Below, piece by piece: positions 41,689 through 61,196 of a stretch of DNA of 64,000 bases (its first letter is position 1; each line of letters starts with the position of its first letter). The notes under the pieces are model-generated. The model saw nothing but the letters and a program-made list of their open reading frames with translations. It did not search any database and was not told where the DNA came from. Made by a program: the position numbers and the translations under genes. This DNA comes from the human T2T-CHM13v2.0 reference genome, Homo sapiens. Where the stretch lies: NCBI RefSeq assembly GCF_009914755.1, contig NC_060946.1; one strand, given 5' to 3'.

Positions 41689-44600
41689 TAGTCAAAGCCT
41701 GGAGAATAGTTAAATCTCCTGGATGATCAGTACAGAAATATGTCACAATGCCCCCTCCCTGCGGAGCCTAGAGAAGATTTGCATCATTTGGGTGATCAGT
41801 GCAGAGATATATCACAATGTCCCCTGTACCAAAAGCCTGGAAATGATATACATCGACTCGTTGATCAGTGCATAGGTATGTCAGAAATCCCCAGTAGGCT
41901 GAACGTAAACAAGGGTTACATCACTTAGGTGATCAAGGAAGCGATATGTGAAAATTCCCGTGCAGACAGATCCTAGACAAGTGTTACATCACCTAGTGAT
42001 CAGTGCAGGGATAAGTCGTAAAGTCTCCTGTAGACATAGAGTAGACAAGTGTTTCCTCCCTGGGGTGATCAGTGTAGAGATATGTCACAAAGCCCCTGTA
42101 AGCAGAACCTTGACAAGGGTTACATCACCTGTTTGATCAGTGGAAATGTATATCACAAAGCCCCCTGTAGGCAAAGCCCAGACAATTGTTACATCACCTG
42201 GGTGAGCAGTGGAGAGATCTGTCACAATGCCCCTGTAGGCAGAGCTTAGACAAGGGTTACATCACCTTGGTGATCAGTGCAGAGATATGTCAAAACGCTC
42301 CTGTAGGCTGAACCTAGAAAGGAATTACATCACCCGGGTGATCAGTGCAGAGATATGTGAGAATTCCCATGTAGGCAGAGTCTAGACAAGTGTTACATCA
42401 CCTGGGTTATCAGTGCAGGTAAAAGTCATAAAGCCTCCTGTAGGCAGAGCGTAAACAAGAGTTCCCTCCCCAGGGTGATCAGTGCAGAGATGTGTCACAA
42501 AGGCCCTGTAGGCAGAGCCTAGACAAGAATTTCATCACTTGGTTGATCAGTTCAGAGATGTGTCACAATGTCCATGTAGGCAGACCTAAGACAAGTGTCC
42601 ATCACCTGGATGATCAGTGCAGAGATATGTACCAATGTCCCCTGTAGGCAGTGCCTAGACAAGAGTAGCATCACCTCAGAGATCAGTGCATAGATATGTC
42701 ACAAAGCCTTCTGTAGGCAAACCTAAACAAGACTTACATCATCTAGGTGATCAGTGCAGTGATATGTCACACAAATCCCTGTAGACAGAGCCTAGACAAG
42801 AGTTACATCACCTGGGTGATCAGTGCAGATATTTGACACAATGCCACCATGGACAGAGACCAGACAAGACTTCCATCACGTGGGTGATGAGTGCAGAGAT
42901 ATGTCACAAATCCCCCTATAGGCAGAGTATAGAGAAGAGTCCCAACACCTGGGTGATCAATGCAGAGATATTTCACAATGCTCCCTATAGGCAGAGAGTG
43001 GACAAGAGTTACATGACCTAGGAGATCAGTGCAGAGATACTTAGCAATGTCCCTGTAGGCAGAGCCTTGAGAAGTGGTACATCACCTGGGTGATCATTGC
43101 AGGGATATGTCACAAAGCACCCTGTAGGCAGATCCTAGAAAAGAGTTACATCACCTAGGTTATCAGTGCAGACATTTGTCAAAATTCCCTGTAGGCAGTG
43201 CTTATAAAAGTGTTACATCACCTAAGTGATCAGTGCAGCGATATCTCAGAAAGCTTCTGTAGGCAGAACTTAGATGAGTTACATCACCTGGGTGATCAGT
43301 GAAAAGGTATGTCACAAAGCCCCCTTTAGGCAAACCCTAGACAATAGTTACATCAATTGAGTGATAAGTGGGGAGATCTCTCACAATTCTCCTGTAGGCA
43401 GAGCTTATACAACAGTTACATCACCTGTGTGATCAGTGCAGAGATATGTCACAATGCCCCCTTAGGAGAGCTTAGACAAAAGCCCCATCACCTGGATGAT
43501 CAGTGCAGAGTTATGTCACAAAGTCCCTTTAGGCAGATCCTAGACAATAGTTACATCACTTGGATGATCAGGGCAGAGATATGTCACAATGCCACTGTAG
43601 GCAGAGCCTAGAAAAGAGTTACATGACCTAGGTGATCAGTGCAGAGATACAACGCAATGTCCCTATAGGCAAAGCCTTGACAAGTGGTACATCACCTGGG
43701 TGATCATTGCAGGGATATGTCACAAAGCACCCTGTAAGCAGATCCTAGAAAAGAGTTACGTCACCTGGGTGATCAGTGCAGAGATATGTCAGAATGCCAC
43801 TGTTGGCAGAGCCTAGACAAGAGTCCCATCACCTGGGTGATCAGTGAAGGGATATGTCACAAAGCACCCTGTAGGCAGATCCTAGAGAAGAGTTATATCA
43901 CCTGGGTGATCAGTGCAGAGATATGTCACAAGCCCCCTGTAGGCAGAGCCTAGACAAGAATAATATCACCTGGGTGATCAGTGTAGTGATATGTCACAAT
44001 GCCGTGTAGCCAGAGCCTAGACTAAAGTTACAGCAACTGGGAAATCAGTGCAGAGATATGTCACAATATCCCCAGTAGGCAGAGACCAGGCAAGAGTTTG
44101 ATCACCTCGGGATCAGTGCAGAGATATGTCTCAATCCCCGTGTGGGCACAGCCTAGACAAGGGTTACATCACCTCCGTTAACAGTGCAGAGATATGTCAA
44201 AATGCATCTGTAGGCAGAGCCTACACAAGTGTTACATCACTTAGGTGATCAGTGCAGAGATATGTCACAATACCCCCTGTTAGCAGAGACTAGGCAAGAG
44301 TGACATCACCTGGGTGATCAGTGCAGAGATATGTGACAAGGCTCCTTTAAGCAGAGCCTAGACAATAGTTACATCACCTGAGTGATCAGTGCAGAGATCT
44401 GTCACAATGCCCCTTTAAGCAGAGCTTAGACCAGGGTTACATCACCTGGGTGATGAGTGCAGAGATATGTCACAATGCCCCCATAGGCAAAATCAAGACA
44501 AGAGTCCGTCTCCTGGGTGATCAGTGCAGAAATATGTGACAATGCCCCAAGTAGGCAGAGCCTAGAGAAGAGTCCCATCACCTGGGTAATCATTGAAGAG

Positions 44601-47600
44601 ATATTTTACAATGCCCCTGCAGGCAGAGTGTAAGCAAGAGTTACATCACCTAGGTGATCAGTACAGAGATATGTCGCAAGGCCCCCTATAGGCAGAGCCT
44701 GGACAAGAGTTACATCACCTCAGTGATCAATACAGTGATATGTCACTATGCCCCATAGGCAGAGCCTAGTGAAGCTTTACATCACCTGGGTGATCAATGC
44801 AAAGATATGTCACAATGCCGTGTAGCCAGAACCTAGACTAAAGTTACAGCACCTGGGAGATCAGTGCAGATATATGTCACAATGTCCCCAGTAGGCAGAG
44901 ACCAGGCAAGAGTATGACCGCCTCGGGATCAGTGCAGAGATATGTCTCAATCCCCCTGTGGGCACAGGCTAGAGAAGAGTTACATCACCTCAGTTAAACA
45001 GTGCAGGGATATGTCAAAATGCCCCTGTAGGCAGAGCCTACACAAGTGTTACCTCACTTAGGTGATCAGTGCAGACATATGTCACAATACCCCATGTAAG
45101 CAGAACCTAGACCAGAGTTCCATCACCTGGGTGATCAGTGCAGAGATATGTCATAAATCCCACTTTAGGCAAAGCCTAGACAATTTTTACATCACCTCAG
45201 CGATCAGTGCAGAGATATGTCCCAATGTCCCTCTAGGCAGAGCTTAGACAAGACTCACATCTCCAGGGTGATAAGTGCAGAGATAAGTCACAATGCCCGC
45301 GTAGGCAGAGCCTAGACAAGAGTTACATAACCCTGGTGTTCCGTGCAGAGTGATGTCACAACGCCCTCTGTAGGCAGAGAGTACAAAAGAGTTAAATCAC
45401 CTGGGTGATCAGTGCAGAGATATTTCACAGTGCCCCCTTTGGGCAGAGGGTACACCAAGCTTACATCACCTAGGTGATCAGTGCAGAGATTTGTCAAAAT
45501 TCCACTGTAGGCAGTGCTTATAAAAGTGTTACATCACATAAGTGATCAGAGCAGAGATATGTCACAAAGCTCCTGTAGGCAGAACTTAGATGAGTTACAA
45601 CTCCTGGGTGATCAGTGAAAAGGTATGCCAAAAAGCCCCCTGTAGGCAAATCCTAGACAATAGTTACATCACTTGGGTGATCAGGGGCGAGATCTCTCAC
45701 AATTCCCCTGTAGGCAGACCTTATACAACAGTTACATCACCTGGGTGATCAGTGCAGAGATATGTCGCAATGCCCCCATAGGCAGATCCAAGACAAGAGT
45801 CTGTCACCAGGGTGATCAGTTCAGAAATATGTCACAATGCCCCCTTACGCAGAGCCTAGACAAAATCCCCATCACCTGGATGATCAGTGCAGAGTTATGT
45901 CACAAAGTGCCTTTAGGCAGATACTAGACAATGGTTACATCACTTGGATGATCAGTGCAGAGATATGTCACAATGCCACTCTAGGCAGAGCCTAGACAAG
46001 AGTTACATGACGTAGGTGATCAGTGCAGAGATACATCGCAATGTCCCTGTAGGCAGAGCCTTGACAAGTGGTACATCACCTTGGTGATCATTGCAGGGAT
46101 ATGTCACAAAGCACCCTGTAGGCAGATCCTAGAAAAGAGTTACATCACCTGGGTGACCAGTGTAGAGATATGTCACATTGACACTGTAGGCAGAGCTTAT
46201 ACAAGAGTTACTTGACCTAGGTGATCAGTGCAGAGATATATCGCAATGCCCCTGTAGGCAGAGCGTTGACAAGTGGTATATCACCTGGGTGACCATTGCA
46301 GGGATAGGTCACAAAACACCCTGTAGGCAGATCCTAGAGAAGAGTTACATCACCTGGGTGATCAGTGCAGAGATATGTCACAAGCTCCCTGTAGGCAGAG
46401 CCTAGACAAGAGTTATATCACCTGGGTAATCAGTGCAGTGATATGTCACAATGCCATGTAGCCAGAGCCTAGACTAAAGTTACAGCACCTGGGTGATCAG
46501 AGCAGAGGTATGTCACAATGTCCCCAGTAGGCAGAGACCAGGCAAGAGTTGGATCACCTCGGGATCAGTGCAGAGATATGTCTCAATCCCCCTGTGAGCA
46601 CAGACTAGACACGAGTTTCATCACCTCGGTTAACAGTGCAGAGATATGTCAAAATGCCCCTGTAGGCAGAGCCTACATAAGTGTTACATCACTTAGGTGA
46701 TCAGTGCAGGGTTATGTCACAATACCCCCTGTAAGCAGAGCCTAGACAAGAGTTACATCACCTGGGTGATCAGTGCAGAGATATGTGACAAGGCCCCTTT
46801 AAGCAGAGCCTAGACAATAGTTACATCACCTGAGTGCTCAGTGCAGAGATCTGTCACAATGCCCCTTTAGGCAGAGCTTAGAACAGAGTTACATCACCTG
46901 TGTGATCAGTGCAGAGATGTGTCACTAGCCCCCTGTTGCCAGAGCCTAGACAAGAGTTGCATCAGCTCTGTGATCAGTGCAGTGACATGTCACAATGTCT
47001 CTATAGCCATATCCTTGACAATAGTGACATCAACTGGGTGATCATTGCGGAGATATGTCACAATGTCTCCAGTAGGCAGAGCCTAGACAAGAGTTACATC
47101 ACCTGGGTGATCAGGGCAGAGATATGTCACAATGCCCCCTGTAAGCAGATCCCAGAGACGAGTTGCATCACCTCGGTAATCAGTGCAGAGATATGTTTCA
47201 ATGCCCCCTGCTGGTGAAGCCTATAAAAGAGTGACATCATATCGGTGATCAGTGCAGTGATATGTTAAAATGTCCCTGTAGGCAGAGCCTACACAAGAGT
47301 TACATCACCTGGGCGATCAGTGCAGAGATATGTCATAAATCCCACTGTAGGCAAAGCCTACACAAGTTTTCCATCACCTCAGCGATCAGTGCAGAGATAT
47401 GTCCCAATGTCCCTCTAGGCAGAGCTTAGACAAGAGTCACATCTCCAGAGTTATCAGTGCAGTGATAAGTCACAATGCCCCCATAGGCAGAGCCTAGGGA
47501 AGAGTTACAGAACCGGGGTGATCGGTGCAGAGTGATTTCACAACGCCCTCTGTAGGCAGAGACTAGAAAAGAGTTACATCACCTGGGTGATCAGTGCAGA

Positions 47601-49370
47601 GATATGTCACAATGTCCCCTGTAGGCAGAGCATAGAGAAGAGTTTCATCACCTGGGTGATCATTGCAGAGATATGTCACAATGTCCCCTGTAGGCAAAGC
47701 CTAGGCAAGAGTTACATCACCTTTGTCATCAGTTCAGGGATATGTGAAAACGCCCCTGTAGGCAGAGCCTAGACAAGAGTTACAACACCTAGTAGATCAG
47801 TGTAGAGATATTTCAAAATACCCTCTGTAGGCAGATCCTAGACAAGAGTAGAATCACCTGGGTGATCAGTGCAGAGATATTTCACAATGCCCCCTTTGGG
47901 CAGAGGGTAGACAAGAGTTACATCACCTAGGTGATCAGTGCAGAGATTTGTCCAATTTCCCTGTAGGCAGTGCTTATAAAAGTGTTACATACCCTAAGTG
48001 ATCAGTGCAGAGATATGTCACAAAGCTCCTGTAGGCAGAACTTAGATGAGTTACATCACCTGGGTGATCAGTGCAAATGTATGTCACAAAGCCCACTATA
48101 GGCAAAGCCTAGAAAATTGTTACATCACTTGGGTGATCAGTGGCGAGACCTCTCACAATTCCACTGTAGGCAGAGCTTATACAACAGTTACACTACCTGG
48201 GTGATCAGTGCAGAGATATGTCGCAATGCCCCTGCAGGCAGAGCCTTGACAAGTGGTATATCACCTGGGTGATCATTGCAGGGATATGTCACATAGAACC
48301 CTGTAGGCAGATCCTAGAGAAGAGTTATATCACCTGGGTGATCAGTGCAGAGATATGTCACGAGAACCCTGTAGGCAGAGCCTAGACAAGAGTTATATCA
48401 CTTGGGTGCAGTGATATGTCACAATTCCGTGTAGCCAGAGCCTAGATTAAAGTTACAGCACCAGGGAGATTGGTGCAGAGATATGTCACAGTAACCCCAG
48501 TAGGCAGAGACCAGGCAAGAGTTAGATCACCCCGGCATCAGTGCAGAGATATGTCTCAATCCCCCTGTGGACACAGCCTAGACAAGAGTTACGTCACCTC
48601 GGTTAACAGTGCAGAGATATGTCAAAATGCCCCTGTTGGCAGAGCCTACACAAGTGTTACATCACTTAGGTGATCAGTGCAGAGATTTGTCACAATACCC
48701 CCTGTAAGCAGAGCCTAGACAAGAGTTACATCACCTGGATGATCTGTGCAGAGATATGTGACAAGGCCCTTTTAAGCAGAGCCTAGACAATAGTGACATC
48801 ACCTGAGTGATCAGTGCAGAGATCTATCACAATGCTCCTTTAGGCAGAGCTTAGACCAGAGTTACCTCACCCGGGTGATCAGTGCAGAGATATGTCACAA
48901 TGCCCCCATAGGCAAATCAAAGACAGGAGTCCGTCACCTGGGTTATCAGTGCAGAAATATGTGACAATTCCCCCAGTAGGCAGAGCCTAGAGAAGAGTCC
49001 CATCACCTGGGTGATCAGTGCAGGGATATTTCACAATGCCCCTGCAGGCAGAGCGTAGCAAGAGTTACATCACTTAGATGATCAGTGCAGAGATATGTCA
49101 CAAGGCCCCCTATAGGCAGAGCCTGGACAAGAGTTACATCACCTCGGTTATCAATGCAGTGATATGTCACTATGCCCCGTAGGCAGAGCCTAATCAAGCG
49201 TTACATCACCTGGGTGATCAGTGCAGAGATATGTCACAAAGCCCCCATACACAGAGCCTAGACAGAAGTCCCATCACCTGGGTGATCAGTGCAGAATTAT
49301 GTCACAAAACCCCTGTAGGCAGAGCCTAGACAAGAGTTACCTCACTTTGTTGATCAGTTCAGAGATGTGT
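41689..49370 (+). repeat. Beta-satellite array
   Basis: 68-69 bp tandem monomers. Confidence 0.97.
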
Positions 49371-52102
<2,732 letters not shown>

Positions 52103-54681
52103 TAGTCAAAGCCTGGAGAAGAGCTACATCTCCTGGATGATAAGTTCAGAAATATGTCACAATGCCCCCTCCCTGTGGAGCCTAGAGAAGATTTGCATTA
52201 TTTGGGTGATCAGTGCAGAGATATATCACAATGTCCCCTGTACAAAAAGCCTGGAAATGATTTACATCACCTCGGTGATCAGTGCAGAGGTATGTCAGAA
52301 ATCCCCAGTAGGCTCAACCAACACAAGGGTTACATCACTTAGGTGATCAGTGCAGAGATATGTGAAAATTCCCGTGTAGACAGAGCCTAGAAATGTTACA
52401 TCTCCTAGTGATCAGTGCAGGGATAGTTTGTAAAGCCTCCTGTAGGCGGAGTGTAGACAAGTGTTTCCTCCCTGGGGTGATCAGGGAAGAGATATGTCAC
52501 AAAGCCCCTGTAAGCAGAACCTTGACAAGGGTTACGTCACCTGTTTGATCAGTGGAAATGTATATCACAAAGCCCCCGGTAGGCAAAGCCCAGACAATTG
52601 TTACAACACCTGGGTGAGCAGTGGAGAGATCTGTCTCAATGCCCCTTTAGGCAGAGGTTAGACAAGGGTTACATCACCTGGGTGATCAGTGCAGAGATAT
52701 GTCAAAACGCTCCTGTAGCTGAACCTAGACAGGAGTTACATCACCTGGGTGATCAGTGCAGAGATATGTGAGAATTCCCTTGTAGCAGAGCCTAGACAAG
52801 TGTTACATCACCAAAGTTATCAGTGAAGTTATAAGTCATAAAGCCTCCTGTAGGCAGAGTGTAGACAAGAGTTCCCTCCCCAGGGTTATCAGTGAAGAGA
52901 TGTGTCACAAAGCCCCTGAAGGCAGAGACTAGACAAGTGTTTCATCACTTGGTTGATCAGTTCAGAGATGTGTCAGAATATACATATAGGCAGATCTAAG
53001 ACAAGAGTCCATCACCTGGGTGATCAGTGCAGAGATATATATCAATGACCCCTGTAGGCAGTGCCTAGACAAGAGTTGCATCACCTCAGAGATCAGTGCA
53101 TAGACTATGTCACAAAGCCTTCTGTAGGCAAAGCCCATACAAGGCTTACATCACCTAGGTGATCAGTGCAGTGATATGTCACTAAAATCCCTGTAGACAG
53201 AGCCTAGAGAATAGTTACATCACCTGGGTGATCAGTGCAGATATTTGACACAATGCCCCCATAGACAGAGCCTAGACAAGAATTCCATCACCTGGGTGAT
53301 CAGTGCAGAGATATGTCACAAATCCCCCTCTAGGCAGTGTATAGAGAAGAGTACCATCACCTGGGTGATCAGGGCAGAGATATTTCACAATGCCCCGTGT
53401 AGGCAGAGAGTGGACAAGAGTTACATAGCCTAGGGGATCTCTGCAGAGATATGCCAAAACGCCCCTGTAGGCAGAGGCTGGGTAAATGTTACATCACCTG
53501 GGTGATCAGTGCAGAGATACGTCACAATATCCCCTGTAGGTGGAGCCTAGACAACAGTTACATCACCTGGGTGATCAGTGCAAAGATATGTCACAAAGCC
53601 CCCTGTAGACAAATCCCAGAAAATTGATACATAACTTGGGTGATCAGTGGAGATATCTGTCACAATTCCCCTTTAGGCGCAGCTTAGACAAGCTTTACAT
53701 CACATGAGTGATCAGTGCAGAGATATGTCACTATACCCCCATAGGCAGATCCAAGACAAGAGTCCATCACCTGGGTGATCAGTGCTGAAATACGCCACAA
53801 CTCCGCCAGTAGGTAGATATAAACAAGAGTTACATCACCTGCGTGATCACTGCAGAGATATGTCACAATGCCCCTGTAGGCAGAGCCTAGACAAGCGTCC
53901 AATCACCTGGGTGATCACTGCAGAGTTACGTCACAATAACCCCTTTTGGCAGAGCCTAGACAACGGTTCCATCACCTGGGTGATCAGTGCAGAGATGTGT
54001 CACAAGCCCCCTGTATCCAGAGCCAAGACAAGGGTTACATCAGCTGTGTGATCAGTGCAGTGACATGTCACAATGTCCCTCTGGCCATATCCTTGACAAA
54101 AATGACACCGCCTGGGTGATCAGTGCGGAGATATGTCACAATGCCTCCAGTAGGCAGAGCCTAGACAAGAGTTACATCACCTGGGTGATCAGTGCAGAGA
54201 TATTTCACAATGCCTCTGCAGGCAGAGAATAAGCAAGAGTTACATCACCTAGATGATCAGTGCAGATATATGTCACAAGGCCCCCTATAGTCAGAGCCTG
54301 GAGAAGAGTTACATCACCTCGGTGATCAATGCAGTGATATGTCACTATGCCTCGTAGGCAGAGCCTAGTCAAGCGTTACATCACCTGTGTGATCAGTGCA
54401 GAGATATGTCAAAAAGCCCTCATACACAGAGCCTAGACAAGTGTCCCATCACCTGGGTGATCAGTGCAGAAATATGTCACAATGCCCCCATAGGCAGATC
54501 CAACACAAGAGTTACATCACCTGGGTGATCAGTGTAGAGGTATGTCACAATGCCCCTGTAGGCAGAGCCTAGACAAAAGTCCCATCACCTGGGTGATCAG
54601 TGCAGAGATATTTCACAAAGCCCCTGTAGGCAGAGTCTAGACAAGACTTACATCACTTTGTTGATCAGTTCAGAGATGTGT
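52103..54681 (+). repeat. Beta-satellite array
   Basis: 68-69 bp tandem monomers. Confidence 0.97.
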
Positions 54682-55272
54682 CATGCTGACTGTTTGCTCC
54701 CAGAGCTCTGCGGGCACCCGGAAACATGCAGGGAAGGGTGGAAGACCGGCATGGTGCCTTCGCCCTCCTTGCCAGTTTCCAAACGGGTCACTCTGCAGAC
54801 TCCCCATGTTGCCGCACACGGGAATCCATCGTCAGGCCATCACGCCGGAGAGGCATCTTCTCTCTGGGGTCTCGCTCTGGTCACCTACTTGGAAATGAAC
54901 GAGACCCACACGCCTGCGTGTGTGAGACTGTCCCAGCAACGGCGACACCCACAGGCACTGCCTCCTTCACGGAGAGAGGGCCTGGAACACTCCAGACTCC
55001 CACCGAGATTCAGTTCTACACTCCCCTCCACCCTCCCAGGACGGTTTATCCCTGCTACAGATGCGTGGGAGCCCAGAGAGTGGCTTCCAGTTCCCGCGGG
55101 ATTCCTGGAGACGTCCCTAGAGCCAGCCCCCGAAACGCACCCCCCTCACCCCTTCCCCTTCGCCCCATTCCTCTTCATCTCTCTTGTCCCACCACCGCCA
55201 TCACCACGCCCTCCCCGCCAAACCCACCCCACCATGACCACAGGCTTCGATGTCCTGGGACCCTTCCGGGGT

Positions 55273-56749
<1,477 letters not shown>

Positions 56750-57307
56750 GACGCAGGGTTGGGACTGGGTCAGGTCCGGGCAGGGCAGTGGCCTCTCTTT
56801 CGCAGGGAACACCTGGCTGGCTATGGAGGGACGTGTCTTCACCCCACCCCCTCCACCGGGCTGACCGGCCTGGGATTCCTGCCTTCTACATCTAGGCACG
56901 GTGAGAGGCTCCACACAGTGGAGAACTGCCCTTCTTTCCTGAGCATCCCGGGGATCCCAGAGCCAGCAGAGGTACCACCATGTGGGCCGCCTACTGCGCA
57001 TGCGCGTGTTTGCGGACAGCCGCCTGGCCTGTGGGAGCAGCCTGGGTAGACATCTCATGCCTTTCCACCAGCCCACACCTGCCTGACCACCCCATCCCCA
57101 CCCCCCCCAACCCCCGGAAAATGCATCCTCCCCTGGGCTGGGTGGAGGCCCCCATCCCGCAAAACACCGGGCCCACGCAGCGTCCAGGCCTGACACCCCT
57201 CGGGCGGCTCGCCTCCTCTGCGCCTCCGCGCCACCGTCGCTGGCCCGCCCGTGCCCCTGCAACCTCCCAGCTGACACCACGGAGCGCCTGACGGCGGAAC
57301 GCAGACC

Positions 57308-57511
57308 TCTATCTCTATTTGCCGGCCTCCTGGTTAGACCTGCGCTCATTGCGCACCCCAGCTGATGTGGAAGGGAGCCCACTGTCCTCTCTGTGCCCTT
57401 GTCCGTCCATGAAATTCCGGCTGAGGCTCTCCCAACACCTTCCAATGCTCTTTAGTCAAAGCCTGGAGAATAGTTACATCTCCTCAATGATCGGTTCAGA
57501 AATATGTCACA
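57308..57511 (+). other. pLAM / exon-3 homologue of copy 6
   Basis: GGTTAG|ACCTGCG (AG at 57336-57337); GTCACA at 57506-57511. Confidence 0.85.
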
Positions 57512-60500
57512 ATGCCCCCTCCCTGCAGAGCCTAGAGAAGATTTGCATCATTTGGGTGATCAGAGTAGAGATATATCACAATGTCCCTTGTACAAAAACC
57601 TGGAAATGATTTACATCACCTCGGTGATCAGTGCATAGGTATGTCAGAAATCCCCAGTAGGCTGAAACTACATAAGGGTTCCATCACTTAGGTGATCAGT
57701 GTAGAGATATGTGAAAATTCCAGTGTAGACAGAGCCTAGACAAGTGTTATATCACCTAGTGATCAGTACAGGGATAAGTAGTAAAGCCTCCTGTAGGCAG
57801 AGTGTAGACAAGTGTTTCCTCCCTGGGGTGATCAGTGCAGAGATATGTACCAAAGCCGCTGTAAGCAGAACCTTGAAAAGGGTTACATCACCTGTTTGAT
57901 CAGTGGAAATGTATATCACAAAGATCCCTGTAGGCAAAGCCCAGACAATTGTTACATCACCTGGGTGAGCAGTGCAGAGATCTGTCGCAATGTCCCTGTA
58001 GGCAGAGCTTAGACAAGGATTACATGAACTGGGTGATCAGTGCAGAGATATTTCAAAACACACCTGTAGTCTGAACCTAGACAGGAGTTACATCACCTGG
58101 GTGATCAGTGCAGAGATATGTGAGAATTCCTGTGTAGGCAGAGCCTAGACAAGTGTTACATCACCTAGGTTATCAGTGCAGGTATAAGTCATAAAGCCTC
58201 CTGTAGGCAGAGCATAGACAAGAGTTCCCTCCCCAGGGTGATCAGTGCAGAGATGTGTCACAAAGCCCCTGTAGGCAGAGCCTAGACAAGAGTTTCATCA
58301 CTTGGTTGATCAGTTCAGAGATATGTCACAATGTCCACGTAGGCAGATCTAAGACAAGAGTCCATCACCTGGGTGATCAGTGCAGATATATGTACCAATG
58401 TCCCCTGTAGGCAGTGCCTAGACAAGAGTTGCATCACCTCAGAGATCAGTGCATAGAAATGTCACAAAGCCTTCTGTATGCAAAGCCCATACAAGGCTTA
58501 CATCACCTAGGTGATCAGTGCAGTGATACGTCACAAAAATCCCTGTAGACAGAGCCTACACAAGAGTTACATCACCTGGGTGATCGGTGCAGAAATTTGA
58601 CACAATGCCCCCATAGACAGAGCATATACAAGACTTCAATCACCTGGGTCATCAGTGAAGAGATATGTCACAAATCCCTCTATATGCAGAGTATAGAGAA
58701 GAGTACCATCACCTGGGTGATCATTGCAGAGATATTTCACAATGCCCCCTGTAGGCAGAGTGTGGACAAGAGTTACATAACCTAGGTGATCTGTGGAGAG
58801 CTTTGTCAAAACGCCCCTGTAGGCAGAGCCTAGATAAATGTTACATCACCTGGGTGATCAGTGCAGAGACACGTCACAATACCCCCTGTAGGTGGAGCCT
58901 AGACAACAGTTACATCTCCTGGGTGATCAGTGCAGAGATATGTCACAATACTCCCTGTAGGTGAAGCCTAGACAAGAGTTACATCACCTGGGTGATCAGT
59001 GCAGAAATATTTCACAATGAACCCTGTAGGCAGAGCATAGAGAAGAGTTGCATCACATGGGTGATCAGTACAGAGATATGTCCCAATGTCCCCTGTAGGC
59101 AAAGCGTATGGAAGAGTTGCATCATCTGGGTGATCAGTGCAGATATATGTCACAATATCCCCTGTAGGCAAAGCCTAGGCAAGAGTTACATCACCTTTGT
59201 CATCAGTTCAGTGATATGTGAAAACGCCCCTGTAGGCAGAGCTTACACAAGAGTTACATCACATAGGTGAACAGTGCAGAGATAATTCACAATACTCCCT
59301 GTAGGCACATCCTAGAAAAGAGTTGAATCACCTGGGTGATCAGTGCAGAGATATGTTACAATGCCACTGTAGGCAGAGCCTAGACAAGAGTTACATGACC
59401 TAGGTGATCAGTGCAGAGATACATCGCAATGCCCCTGTAGGCAGAGCCTAGAGAAGTGTTATATCACCTGGGTGATCAGTGCAGTGATATGTCACAATGC
59501 CGTGTAGCCAGAGCCTAGAATAAAGTTACAACACATGGGAAATCAGTGCAGAAATATGTCACAATGTCCCCAGTAGGTGGAGACCAGCCAATAGTTGGAT
59601 CACCTCGGGATCAGTGCAGAGATATGTCTCAATCCCCCTGTGGGCATAGCCTATACAAGAGTAACGTCACCTCGGTTAACAGTGCAGATATATGTCAAAA
59701 TGCCCCTGTAGGCAGAGCCTACACAAGTGTTACATCACTTAGGTGATCAGTGCGGAGATATGTCACAATACCCCCTTTAGCAGAGCCTAGACAAGAGTTA
59801 CACCACCTGGGTGATCAGTGCAGAGATAGGTGACAAGGCCCCTTTAAGCAGAGCCTAGACAATAGTTACATCACCTCAGTGATCATTGCAGAGATCTGTC
59901 ACAATGCCCCTTTAGGCAGAGCTTAGACCAGAGTTACATCACGTGGGTGATCAGTGAAGAGATATGTCAAAATGCCCCCAAAGGCAAATCCAAGACAAGA
60001 GTCCATCACCTGTTTGATCAGTGCAGAAATATGTGACAATGCCCCCAGTAGGCAGAGCCTAGTGAAGAGTCCCTTCACCTGGGTGATCAGTGCAGAGACA
60101 TTTCACAATGCCCCTGCAGGGAGAGCTTGAGCAAGAGTTACCTCACCTAGATGATCAGTGCAGAGATATGTCACAAGTCCCCCTATAGGAAGAGCCTGGA
60201 CAAGAGTTACATCACCTCGGTGATCAATGCAGTGATATGTCACTATGCCCCATAGGCAGAGCCTAGTCGAGCGTTACATCACCTGGGTGATCAGTTCAGA
60301 GATATGTCACAAATCCCCCATAAGCAGAGTCTAGACAAGTGCCCCATCACCTGGGTGATCAGTGCAGCTATATGTCACTATGCCCCCATAGGCAGATCCA
60401 ACAGAAGTGTTACATCACCTGGGTGATCAGTGTAGCGATATGTCACAATGCCCCCACAGGCATAGCCTAGACAAATGTCCCATCAGCTGGGTGATCAGTG

Positions 60501-60579
60501 CAGAGATATGTCACAAAACCCCTGTAGGCAGAGTCTAGACAAGTGTTACATCACTTTGTTGATCAGTTCAGAGATGTGT
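57453..60579 (+). repeat. Beta-satellite array
   Basis: 68-69 bp tandem monomers. Confidence 0.97.
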
Positions 60580-61196
60580 CATGCTCACTGTTCGCTCCCG
60601 GAGCTCTGCGGGCACCCAGAAACATGCAGGGAAGTGTGGAAGACCGGCATGGTGCCTTCGCTCTCCTTGCCAGTTTCCAAACCGGCCACACTGCAGACTC
60701 CCCATGTTGCAGCACACGGGAATCCATCATCAGGCCATCACGCTGGGGAGGCATCTTCTCTCTGGCATCTCGCTCTGGTCTCCTACGTGGAGATGAATGA
60801 GAGCCACACGCCTGCGTGTGTGAGACTGTCCAAGCAATGGCGACACCCACAGGCACGGCCTCCTTCACGGAGAGAGGGCCTGGAACACTCCAGACTCCCA
60901 CGGAGGTTCAGTTCCACATTCTCCTCCAACCTGCCAGGCCGGTTTCTCCCTGCTGAAGCCACGTGGGAGCCCAGAGAGCGGCTTCCATTTCCCGCGGGAT
61001 TCCTGGAGAGGTCCGGAGAGCCATCCCCTAAAACGCGACCCCCTCACCCCTTCCCCCTCTCCCCCTTCCTCTTCGTGTCTCCGGCCCCACCACCACGATC
61101 ACCACGCCCTCCCCCCCAACCACACCACCCCCCGGCAGCCGGCCTCGAAGCCCTAGGACCCTTCCGCAGTGGGACGGGCTGTCCCAGTTCTCACCG

